From positions 5,124-41,634 of the forward strand of contig CAZRAX010000002.1 in assembly GCA_964598245.1 (NCBI GenBank): DNA of 36,511 nucleotides, given 5' to 3'. A program made the translations under genes and the position numbers. Positions within the stretch are counted from its first letter, which is position 1; each line of letters opens with the position of its first letter. The stretch comes from an uncultured Candidatus Saccharibacteria bacterium. GTDB lineage: Bacteria > Patescibacteriota > Minisyncoccia > Phycocordibacterales > JAACPR01. This document shows, piece by piece, positions 26,448-34,428 of this stretch. A model generated the notes under the pieces. That model did no database searches and was not told where the DNA came from. It saw nothing but the letters and a program-made list of their open reading frames with translations.

Positions 26448-26652
26448 TATGTTGTGGATTTTTTGTTAATAAGTTTTTATTTTTTTTGTTGGGATTGTTA
26501 ATAAATAATAAAAAAATTTTTTTACACACTTTTTACAATAAGTTTTCCACAGTTTAAAAATAAAAAAATAATGAATATAGCTTTTGTTTATAAATACAAA
26601 AAAACTTATCAACATATCCACAGGGAATATAATAATAAATAATTTAAATAAA
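26448..26652. promoter_or_regulatory. candidate oriC segment: DnaA-box cluster plus AT-rich tract in the dnaA-dnaN spacer
   Basis: Boxes compared with TTATCCACA: 26453-26461 (minus strand, AAATCCACA), 26543-26551 (TTTTCCACA), 26606-26614 (TTATCAACA) and 26614-26622 (ATATCCACA). A nearly pure A/T stretch lies at about 26461-26542. Confidence 0.55.
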
Positions 26653-27753
26653 ATGAAATTAGAAATAAATAAGAATAGATTAATAAGTGCTGTTAGTAAG
26701 GTTGAAAAAATTACAACAAAAAATACAACATTGCCAATTCTTTCTTGTATTTTATTAGAAGCAAAAAATAATAAACTAGAAGTCAAAGCAACAAACCTGG
26801 ATATAAGTATTATTATTCAAAATGAGGCAAAAATAAAAGAAGATGGGTCTGCGCTTGTTCCTTCGCAAATTTTCTTAAATTATCTAAACAACTTACCAGA
26901 ATCAAATACAACAATAAACTTAAGTAAAAAAGAACAAAACTTAAACATAACAACAAAAACAAATGAAACAACAATAAAAACCCAACCCAAAGATGATTAT
27001 CCAGAAATAAAACAAAAAACAAAAACAGATAAAACAGAAATAAAATCAAAAGACCTTGTTGATGGGTTAAAAAGCGTTTATTATAGTGCGTCAAACTCAA
27101 ATATTAAACCAGAACTATCAAGTGTTTATATCTATCAAGAAGAAAACAATTTTGTTTTTGTAGCAACAGATTCTTTTCGTTTGGCTGAAAAAAAAATAAG
27201 AAATAAAATTAAAAACAACTTCAAAGAAACACTTATTCCTTTCAAAAATGTTGTTGAAATAATAAAAGTTTTTGATCAAACAGAGGAAGTTTTAGATGTT
27301 TTTTTTGATGAAGATCAAATAATAATAAAATCAAATGAAACATTTCTTTCATCAAGAATTGTTGACGGAACCTTTCCTGATTACAAACAAATTATCCCAA
27401 CAACATCAAAAACCCAAGTTGTTGTTTTAAAAGAGGATTTAATTCAAAACCTAAGGGTGGCAAATATTTTTTCAGGAAAATTTAATCAGGTAATTTTCTC
27501 TATTTTTCCCAAAGACAATATTTTTGAAATAGAATCAACAGCACAAGATATTGGAGAAACAAAAAACATTGTTAAATCAAAAACAAAAGGAGAAAATATA
27601 AAAATAAAATTTAATAATAAGTATATAAATGATTGTTTTCAATCAATAAATTCAGAAACCCTAACACTAGATTTTGATGGCACAGACAAGCCAATGAGAA
27701 TAAGTGGACACGAAGGAGACTTCCTTTATCTTGTTATGCCAATGAACAAATAA
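26653..27753 (+). CDS. dnaN: DNA polymerase III beta sliding clamp
   Basis: MKLEINKNRLISAVSKVEKITTKNTTLPILSCILLEAKNNKLEVKATNLDISI is a typical DnaN N-terminus. The track start (TTG at 26584) would extend into the DnaA-box region, so the ATG at 26653 is preferred. The C-terminus is PMRISGHEGDFLYLVMPM. Confidence 0.9.
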   Translation: MKLEINKNRLISAVSKVEKITTKNTTLPILSCILLEAKNNKLEVKATNLDISIIIQNEAKIKEDGSALVPSQIFLNYLNNLPESNTTINLSKKEQNLNITTKTNETTIKTQPKDDYPEIKQKTKTDKTEIKSKDLVDGLKSVYYSASNSNIKPELSSVYIYQEENNFVFVATDSFRLAEKKIRNKIKNNFKETLIPFKNVVEIIKVFDQTEEVLDVFFDEDQIIIKSNETFLSSRIVDGTFPDYKQIIPTTSKTQVVVLKEDLIQNLRVANIFSGKFNQVIFSIFPKDNIFEIESTAQDIGETKNIVKSKTKGENIKIKFNNKYINDCFQSINSETLTLDFDGTDKPMRISGHEGDFLYLVMPMNK

Positions 27754-27754
27754 A

Positions 27755-28000
27755 ATGGAACAAATAAATCTATATCTAAAAAAGTTTAAGAATTTTAAAC
27801 CAAAAAACGAAGACTTAAAAAATACAATTATAAAAATAATAAAAAAAATAACAAAAATAGAAGTTAAAAAAGATGAAATAATTATTTTAAAAAGCGGAGA
27901 AGTAAAAATAAAAAAAACTGGTCCAGAAAAAACAGAAATATATTTAAACAAAAAGATAATAGAAAAAGAAATTGAAATAGAAAAAAAATTATTTAATTAA
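27755..28000 (+). CDS. small Lys-rich protein translationally coupled to dnaN (hypothetical; possibly DUF721/DciA-like)
   Basis: The 81-aa ORF has its ATG 1 nt after the dnaN stop. Its position and size recall the DUF721 genes that often follow dnaN, but I see no diagnostic motif. Confidence 0.4.
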   Translation: MEQINLYLKKFKNFKPKNEDLKNTIIKIIKKITKIEVKKDEIIILKSGEVKIKKTGPEKTEIYLNKKIIEKEIEIEKKLFN

Positions 28001-30451
28001 TAAATCAAACTTCTTAGTAAATTTATTTCCAACAGTATCAAAAACCTCAACAAACAAATCATTTTTATTTTTTATATCTTTTATATCTTTTGGAACAAAC
28101 AAAAAAGATCTCCCAATAATATCAATATCACCAATTTTTTTATTATTTATATAAACAGAACCACTACTAATTTGTCTTCCATCACTTATTTCTACAACAA
28201 CAACCATGTTTTCATCTTTTTTATATTTAACACCTTTTTCTAAAGATATAATTTCTAACCCAACCTCTTTTTCTTTTTCAATATTTGTTATTTCAAAATC
28301 ATCAGAAATATTTTGTTTTTTTAGCCAGTTTTGAACCGGTGCCTCCCACAACAAATACTGAGGATCGTTTCTTGGGTTTTTTGGTTGTGGCCCAAGCGGG
28401 TTATTTTTATCAACCCAGTGGAGTATTGAATGGATACCATCTGTTTTTCCAGAAACAACAACCCTGTTATTGCCATCGTCATCCTCAACAACCGATGTTT
28501 TTTCTCCTTTCCAAAAACCAGCAATAATTGGTTTAACTCCCAAATCTTTTTCTTCTGGTTTTTCAAAAAACTCCTTATCTCTTTTTTCTAGTGCAAAATT
28601 TAAAAACTCTTTCCACATCGGAGCAACAATAAAACCAGCAACCCTTTTTTCCATTGGACTACTGTCGTTGTTGCCAGCCCAGGCAACTGTTGTTAGGTTT
28701 GGCGTGTACCCAACAATCCACGCATCTTTGTAGTCGTTTGTTGTACCAGTCTTAACACCAACGTCTTGGTTGGGGAAATAAAGGGCTGAATTTGTCCCAA
28801 AAGCGGGCGCTCTTGCTATGTTGTCTGTTAAAACACTGTTTATATCTCTAACAACAGAATTATCCAAAACACGCTCGTTTTGTGTTTGTGAATTTTTTAT
28901 ATCAAACAAAATATTTCCTTCTGCATCCTCAATTTTTATTATTGGAACCCTCTCTTTTTTTATTCCGCCACTTGCAAAAACAGAATATGCTGTTGCCACA
29001 TCAATTGGCCGAACCTCTCCACCACCCAAAACCAAGGTTAAGCCGTATTGGCTTTTTTTTGTAAGGGTTTCTAGACCCATTTTTTTTGCTAAATTTAAAG
29101 AATCCTCTATTCCCGATAAATAAAGAGTTTTAACCGCCGGAACGTTTACTGATTGAGCAAGCGCACTTCTTAAGGTTATTGGCCCACGAAAAATATTGTC
29201 ATAGTTTTGGGGATGATAACAAAAATCCTCATTTAAATCACAATTGACCGAAAATTCTGTTTCAAGATCAAAAACAACTGTTTCTGGTCTGTAACCCTTA
29301 CTAAACGCTTGGGCATAAACAATTGGTTTAAAAACAGACCCCGGCTGTCTCTCTGATGTTGAAATATTAAAATTACCATCAATTTTTTCATCAAAATAAT
29401 CTCTTGATCCAACCATAACTAAGATTTCTCCATTTTTAGGATCAATAGAAATAATAGAAGCGTTTTCTGCATTAAATTTTTCTTCATTTTCTAGTGCGTA
29501 TTTTAAAACAGTTTCCTCTGCTTTTTGTTGGAGTTCCCAATCAAGAGAGGTTATAACTTTTAATCCGCCCTCTTCAACAATATCTCTTCCATATTCTTTT
29601 TCTAAAATTTCTCTAACATACATAACAAAGTGCGGGGCTCTGATACTAAATTCTTGTGGCTTGATGAATAAAACATCCTCCTTTTTAGCATTTTCAGCAT
29701 CTTCTTGTTTTATAAAGCCGGCTATAACCATTTGGTCTAAAACATGGTCTTTTCTTTTGTTTAATGATTCAAGGTTATTTCCATATGGTGAATAATAGGT
29801 TGGCGCCTGGGGAAGGGCGGCCAAGTATGCCGACTCTGGCAAACTTAAGTCTTTTGCTTCTTTGCCAAAAAAACGCAGAGCCGCCTCTTGGATTCCGTAA
29901 ACTGTTCCACCATATGGAACCTCATTCAAATAAACCTCTAAAATCTCGTCCTTTGTTAATTTTTTTTCTAGTCTTGGTGCCAAAACCCACTCTTTTAGTT
30001 TTCTTGAAACCTTCTTGTCTGTTGTTAGAAGGGCATTTTTGATAACTTGTTGAGTTATTGTCGATCCACCCTGACCCCCAAGAAGGTTTCCAGAGGTTGT
30101 GTTGTTAATAATGGCCCTTATAATGGCCATTATTTCAACACCACCATGTTCATAAAAATTTTTATCCTCAACCGCAATTGTTGCCTGTTTTACATAATCA
30201 GATATTTGATCCAGAGAAACAACAGTTCTTTTTATTTCATTATGAACATCAAATAAAATAACTTCTCCCGTTCTATCATAAATTTTAGTTGATTGAGCAA
30301 CCTTTCTTTCTTCAAAATTATCTAGATTTGGTAAATTAAATGTTGTTGTCCAAATTGCAAAAATTCCAAAAACAATGAAAAAAAGTAAAAACCCCCAAAA
30401 AAATATTTTTTTTATTTTTTTACATAATTTTTTTTGTTTTTTGCTTTTCAT
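27989..30451 (-). CDS. ponA: class A penicillin-binding protein (GT51 glycosyltransferase plus transpeptidase) with a C-terminal beta-rich extension
   Basis: GT51 motifs are AVEDKNFYEHGGV, GGSTITQQ and RKLKEW. Transpeptidase motifs are GSVFKP (SxxK), SVN and KTGTTND. About 130 extra C-terminal residues follow. Confidence 0.9.
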   Translation of the reverse strand: MKSKKQKKLCKKIKKIFFWGFLLFFIVFGIFAIWTTTFNLPNLDNFEERKVAQSTKIYDRTGEVILFDVHNEIKRTVVSLDQISDYVKQATIAVEDKNFYEHGGVEIMAIIRAIINNTTSGNLLGGQGGSTITQQVIKNALLTTDKKVSRKLKEWVLAPRLEKKLTKDEILEVYLNEVPYGGTVYGIQEAALRFFGKEAKDLSLPESAYLAALPQAPTYYSPYGNNLESLNKRKDHVLDQMVIAGFIKQEDAENAKKEDVLFIKPQEFSIRAPHFVMYVREILEKEYGRDIVEEGGLKVITSLDWELQQKAEETVLKYALENEEKFNAENASIISIDPKNGEILVMVGSRDYFDEKIDGNFNISTSERQPGSVFKPIVYAQAFSKGYRPETVVFDLETEFSVNCDLNEDFCYHPQNYDNIFRGPITLRSALAQSVNVPAVKTLYLSGIEDSLNLAKKMGLETLTKKSQYGLTLVLGGGEVRPIDVATAYSVFASGGIKKERVPIIKIEDAEGNILFDIKNSQTQNERVLDNSVVRDINSVLTDNIARAPAFGTNSALYFPNQDVGVKTGTTNDYKDAWIVGYTPNLTTVAWAGNNDSSPMEKRVAGFIVAPMWKEFLNFALEKRDKEFFEKPEEKDLGVKPIIAGFWKGEKTSVVEDDDGNNRVVVSGKTDGIHSILHWVDKNNPLGPQPKNPRNDPQYLLWEAPVQNWLKKQNISDDFEITNIEKEKEVGLEIISLEKGVKYKKDENMVVVVEISDGRQISSGSVYINNKKIGDIDIIGRSFLFVPKDIKDIKNKNDLFVEVFDTVGNKFTKKFDLLIK

Positions 30452-30512
30452 TGTTTTTTTGTAATTATACTATTTTTTGATTTTTTGTCTGTTTTGAGTT
30501 AATTTTTATTGG

Positions 30513-30521
30513 TGTTAAAAT
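30513..30521 (+). promoter_or_regulatory. extended -10 element TGtTAAAAT, 7 nt upstream of the tyrS ATG
   Basis: The sequence reads attggTGtTAAAATttatcatATG. Confidence 0.5.
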
Positions 30522-30528
30522 TTATCAT

Positions 30529-31758
30529 ATGTTTGGAAAAAAGAAAATAAATACTGATACAGAGAAAATAGATGAAATATTAGAAAGAAGTATTTCAAAA
30601 ATTTATCCATCAAAAGAATTTTTAAAAAAAGAACTATTATCAGGTAGAAGGTTGAAAATATATACTGGTGCTGATGCAACAGGGTCTCAGCTTCATCTTG
30701 GTCATTCAACAAATTTTATTCTATTAGAAAAACTAAGACAGCTTGGACATGAGGTAATTATTTTGTTTGGTGATTTTACGGCCATGATTGGTGATCCTTC
30801 GGACAAGGGTGCGGCTCGCCAAATGCTTAATAAAAAAGAAGTTGAAGAAAATTTAAAAAATTGGAAAAAACAAATATCAAAAATATTAAACTTTAATGAT
30901 TTTGGTAATCCACCAAAAATTATTAAAAATAGCGAATGGTTAGCAAAACTAAGCTTTGAAGAAATTATAAAATTGTCTGCAAACTTTACTGTGGGGCAAA
31001 TGATTGAAAGAGATATGTTTCAAAAAAGAATTAAAGAAGATAAACCAATTTATCTTCATGAGTTTTTCTACCCACTAATGCAGGGGTATGATAGCGTTGT
31101 TTTGAATGTTGATGTTGAGCTTGGTGGTAATGACCAAACATTTAATATGTTGGCCGGCAGAACTCTTTTGAAAAAAATTAAAAATAAGGAAAAGTCTGTT
31201 ATTGCAACAACCCTCTTGGAAGACCCAAATACTGGTAAAAAACTAATGAGCAAAAGTGAAGGAAATTATGTTGCTTTAAATGATTCACCAGAAGAGATGT
31301 TTGGAAAAATTCTTGCTTTACCAGATGAGGTTATTATTTCGTTGTTTATTGATACAACCCTTGTTTCTGATGATGAAATAGAAGAAGTTAAAAGAAAAAT
31401 AGAATCTGGAGAATTAAACCCCAAAGATGCCAAAATTAAATTAGCGAAAGAAATTATTAAAATTTATTACTCAGAAAAAGATGCAGAAAAAGCAGAACAA
31501 AATTTTCAAAAAACTTTCAAAGAGGGCGGTATTCCTGAGGATGTTTTAGAGATTGTTGTTAAGTCAGGAGAAAGACTAGATGACATTTTAATTAATCAAA
31601 AAATTATTTCATCAAAAAATGAATGGAGAAGGCTTATCGATCAAAAAGGAATTACTGAGGTTGAAGAAAACAAAAAGATAGATAATTTAAATTACTGCAT
31701 TTCAGAAACAAAAACATTTAGAATTGGTAAAAAAAGATTTATAAAAATTACAATTTAA
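30529..31758 (+). CDS. tyrS: tyrosine--tRNA ligase
   Basis: The HIGH motif is GSQLHLGH. FGDFTAMIGDPSDK and the KMSKS motif KLMSKS are present. The C-terminus is an S4-like domain (SKNEWRRLIDQKGI). Confidence 0.9.
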   Translation: MFGKKKINTDTEKIDEILERSISKIYPSKEFLKKELLSGRRLKIYTGADATGSQLHLGHSTNFILLEKLRQLGHEVIILFGDFTAMIGDPSDKGAARQMLNKKEVEENLKNWKKQISKILNFNDFGNPPKIIKNSEWLAKLSFEEIIKLSANFTVGQMIERDMFQKRIKEDKPIYLHEFFYPLMQGYDSVVLNVDVELGGNDQTFNMLAGRTLLKKIKNKEKSVIATTLLEDPNTGKKLMSKSEGNYVALNDSPEEMFGKILALPDEVIISLFIDTTLVSDDEIEEVKRKIESGELNPKDAKIKLAKEIIKIYYSEKDAEKAEQNFQKTFKEGGIPEDVLEIVVKSGERLDDILINQKIISSKNEWRRLIDQKGITEVEENKKIDNLNYCISETKTFRIGKKRFIKITI

Positions 31759-31765
31759 TTTTTTA

Positions 31766-31894
31766 TTAAAAGTCGTCAATGTCATCGAAAGAATCTTCGA
31801 TTACACCATCATCGTCTTCTTCATCAAAACCGATAACTCCTTGATTGGTTTCTTCTAATAAATCTTCTTCTATAAAATTTTCAAATCCTTCCAT
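31766..31894 (-). CDS. unannotated 42-aa hyper-acidic ORF (hypothetical)
   Basis: The reverse complement translates to MEGFENFIEEDLLEETNQGVIGFDEEDDDGVIEDSFDDIDDF plus TAA. It fills the otherwise empty tyrS-ruvC spacer. It has no strong promoter motif, so support is only the ORF and its non-random composition. Confidence 0.3.
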   Translation of the reverse strand: MEGFENFIEEDLLEETNQGVIGFDEEDDDGVIEDSFDDIDDF

Positions 31895-31963
31895 AAAAAT
31901 TAAAATTAACTAATACTTTTTATCAAAAAATTTTTTATTCGCCAATAGTTTTTTTGTCAAAGC

Positions 31964-31972
31964 TGTGGATAA
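31964..31972 (-). promoter_or_regulatory. perfect consensus DnaA box (TTATCCACA on the minus strand)
   Basis: tgtggataa at 31964-31972 is the exact reverse complement of TTATCCACA. It lies 70 nt upstream of the acidic mini-ORF start. Confidence 0.5.
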
Positions 31973-32042
31973 TCTTAAGTTAAGAAGATATAAAAATCTG
32001 ACCCAAAAAATCTTGAATAAAAGGAACTATCCGCAAAACATT

Positions 32043-32525
32043 CTAAGCGGGGATCTTTTTTGTTGCTAGATGACAAATACCTGCAGCGATAGCATCAAAC
32101 TCATCGTCAAATTTAATTTCCTTTTCTATCTTTATAAGGAGGGGGATCATTTTGATAACAGAGGTTTTGTCGCCTCCACCATCACCAGTCACAGAATTTT
32201 TAATCTGTTGTGGAGAATATTCAAAAATATCTAAATCATTATTTCTGGCTTCTGCAATAATGACGCCCCGCGCCTCAGCGACCATTAGTGCCGTTTTAAC
32301 ATTTTGATTAAAAAAAAGTGTTTCAATCGATAAATCATTTGGAGAATATTTTTCGATAACCTCCCTTATTCTTTTTTGAATTTTTGCTAAACGATCACAA
32401 TGTTCTTCTTTGGCCGAAGTTTTAAAACACTCAGAAAAAATTAAAACCTCTTTTTTGTCGGGGGTTTTTTCTAAAATAGCAATTCCAAGTCTTTCATATC
32501 CCGGGTCTATGGCAAGAACTTTCAT
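32043..32525 (-). CDS. ruvC: crossover junction endodeoxyribonuclease RuvC
   Basis: MKVLAIDPGYERLGIAILE carries the first catalytic Asp. The later DEFDAIAAGICH motif is also present. The protein is 160 aa. Confidence 0.9.
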   Translation of the reverse strand: MKVLAIDPGYERLGIAILEKTPDKKEVLIFSECFKTSAKEEHCDRLAKIQKRIREVIEKYSPNDLSIETLFFNQNVKTALMVAEARGVIIAEARNNDLDIFEYSPQQIKNSVTGDGGGDKTSVIKMIPLLIKIEKEIKFDDEFDAIAAGICHLATKKIPA

Positions 32526-32528
32526 AAA

Positions 32529-33059
32529 TTATTCAGCATTGGTGTAGACACCCTGAACATCTTCTAGTTCTTCTAGGACATCAATTAATTTCCCAAGTTT
32601 TTCTCCATCTGCTTCTGAAATTGGGGTGGTCGAATTTGCTTTCCATTCGCCCCCGTCTTTTTTAAAAGCCCAAGAAGCTGCTCCTTGTGCAGCTAATTCA
32701 TAACCTAATTTTGAAAGGGTGTGTCTAATTTCTGCAGCGGTACGATTTTTATTATCCGTTAGTCCATCAATAATTACTGCGATTCCTCCAGGCCCATAGG
32801 TTTCATAAACAACCGATTCCATGGCGACAGTACCAGACTCCGTTCCTTTTTTAACAGCTCTGTCAATTGTGTCTTTGGGCATGTTTTCCTTTTTGGCTAG
32901 ATCAATAGCAGCAGACAAAGATGGTGAACTGATATCTCCATTTACCTTTTTTGATTCAGAAATTATTAATTTTGAAACCTTAGAAAAAACTTTGCTTTTT
33001 CTAGCATCCTCAGCTCCTTTTTTGTGTTTAATTTTTGACCATTTATTATGTCCTGACAT
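32529..33059 (-). CDS. yebC: YebC/PmpR-family protein (shortened, 176 aa)
   Basis: MSGHNKWSKIKHKKGAEDARKSKVF, YETYGPGGIAVIIDGLTDNKNRTAAEIRH and EDVQGVYTN are family motifs. The protein is about 60-70 aa shorter than the E. coli-type protein, with an internal domain missing. Confidence 0.85.
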   Translation of the reverse strand: MSGHNKWSKIKHKKGAEDARKSKVFSKVSKLIISESKKVNGDISSPSLSAAIDLAKKENMPKDTIDRAVKKGTESGTVAMESVVYETYGPGGIAVIIDGLTDNKNRTAAEIRHTLSKLGYELAAQGAASWAFKKDGGEWKANSTTPISEADGEKLGKLIDVLEELEDVQGVYTNAE

Positions 33060-33066
33060 TTTGAAT

Positions 33067-33072
33067 ATTTTA
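33067..33072 (-). promoter_or_regulatory. -10 hexamer TAAAAT, 7 nt upstream of the yebC ATG (no TG extension)
   Basis: The reverse complement reads aatTAAAATattcaaaATG. Confidence 0.3.
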
Positions 33073-33087
33073 ATTTATTAAAAGATT

Positions 33088-34119
33088 TTAACTAATTAAT
33101 TTGTTTTGTAAATTGGTTGGTATTTTTTTACCAAGGTGTTTGTATCCAGTTTCTGTAACAACACGACCTCGTGGCGTTCTTTCGATTAAGCCCAGCTGGA
33201 TTAAATATGGCTCATTAAATTCTTCAACTGTTGCTGGTTCTTCTGAAATTGACATTGCCAAGGTGTGAAGACCAACTGGTCCACCACCAAATTTTTCAAT
33301 AATTGTTTCTAAAACTAATAAATCAGATTTTGTTAATCCAATCTCATCTATTTCTAACATTTCTAGTGTTTTAATAACATTGTCCTTGCTTAAATCAACC
33401 TCATGAACCTGACAATAATCACGACATCTTTTCAAAAGATAGTTGGCAGTTCTCGGGGTTTTTCGACTTCTTTTGGAGATTTCTTTTATGGCCTCTTCTT
33501 CTGTTTTAATTCCCAAAATTTTTGATGAACGAGAAATAATTTGGGAAATCTCATCATTAGTATAAAATTCTAATCTATGAATTCCGCCAGAAAAACGCGA
33601 CCTTAGGGGTGAAGAAAGCATCGAAATTCTTGTTGTAGCGGCGATTAGGGTAAAAGAGGGAAGATCTAGCTGAATTGTTCTGGCAGATGGTCCCTTACCA
33701 ATGATAATATCTAAAACACCAGACTCCATTGCTGGGTATAAAACCTCCTCAATTGATTTGTTTAGTCGGTGGATTTCGTCAATAAACAAAATATCACCAG
33801 GATTTAAGTTTGTTAAAACAGAAGCAAGATCACCAACTTTTTCGATTGCTGGTCCTGATGTTATTTTAATTTGAGAGTTTGTGTGTTGGGCAATTAAGTA
33901 GGCAAGGGTTGTTTTTCCCAATCCTGGGGGTCCATAAAACAGAATGTGTTCAGGTGAATGCTCTCTTTGTTTGGCTGCTTCAAGCAAAATGTGGAGATTT
34001 TTTTTGATAGATTCTTGACCAACATATTCATCCCAAGTCAAGGGACGAAGCTCTTGATCTAGAAAAGAATCTGGTCTATAATCTTTTTCCTTGTTATTTG
34101 GTGGTTTATTACTTGACAT
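33088..34119 (-). CDS. ruvB: Holliday junction branch migration helicase RuvB
   Basis: RPLTWDEYVGQE, Walker A GPPGLGKTTLA and Walker B LFIDEIHRL are present. The C-terminal winged helix contains PRGRVVT. Confidence 0.95.
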   Translation of the reverse strand: MSSNKPPNNKEKDYRPDSFLDQELRPLTWDEYVGQESIKKNLHILLEAAKQREHSPEHILFYGPPGLGKTTLAYLIAQHTNSQIKITSGPAIEKVGDLASVLTNLNPGDILFIDEIHRLNKSIEEVLYPAMESGVLDIIIGKGPSARTIQLDLPSFTLIAATTRISMLSSPLRSRFSGGIHRLEFYTNDEISQIISRSSKILGIKTEEEAIKEISKRSRKTPRTANYLLKRCRDYCQVHEVDLSKDNVIKTLEMLEIDEIGLTKSDLLVLETIIEKFGGGPVGLHTLAMSISEEPATVEEFNEPYLIQLGLIERTPRGRVVTETGYKHLGKKIPTNLQNKLIS

Positions 34120-34181
34120 ATAATTAATTTATGTTAGTATTGTTTTAGTTTAAAAGGCTGAATATTACATTTAAATATATT

Positions 34182-34352
34182 TTTTCGAAACTATAAATCT
34201 CTAAGCAAAGAAGGTTTTCCTATATGGTATTTTATCAAGGACTCTTTTGGTTTAATAGTGTTAACTATTTTTCTGATGTCATCCTCAGATATCTACCTAC
34301 CTTTGGGTCTCAGTATCTAAAGGTTTTGCTTAGAGATTTATTGTTTCGAAAA
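34182..34352. repeat. 171-bp element closed by a 28-bp near-perfect inverted repeat (candidate structured ncRNA or MITE-like element)
   Basis: ttttcgaaactataaatctctaagcaaa (34182-34209) matches the reverse complement of tttgcttagagatttattgtttcgaaaa (34325-34352) at 27 of 28 positions. The internal 115 nt contain further small hairpins, for example aatagt-gtta-actatt at 34254-34269. Confidence 0.8.
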
Positions 34353-34428
34353 TACAAACTTCTTTCTTCATATTATTAATATTTTTTTTAAAAACAACTA
34401 GTCAAAAAACAAAAAGTGTTTCCTACTA

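Noticed and set aside
26466-27100. Minus-strand ORFs 26466-26786 and 26813-27100, and the TTG-extended dnaN start at 26584
   Set aside because: They lie in the AT-rich DnaA-box spacer or antisense to dnaN. The DnaN alignment starts at MKLEINKNRL (ATG at 26653), and the extension would run through the DnaA boxes.
28285-30256. Six plus-strand ORFs of 60-101 aa antisense to the PBP gene
   Set aside because: The minus-strand frame carries every GT51 and transpeptidase motif. The antisense ORFs are short and have no motifs.
30452-30528. T-box riboswitch upstream of tyrS
   Set aside because: The whole spacer is 77 bp and a -10 element lies 7 nt from the ATG. That leaves no room for a T-box leader of about 200 nt and no specifier or antiterminator structure.
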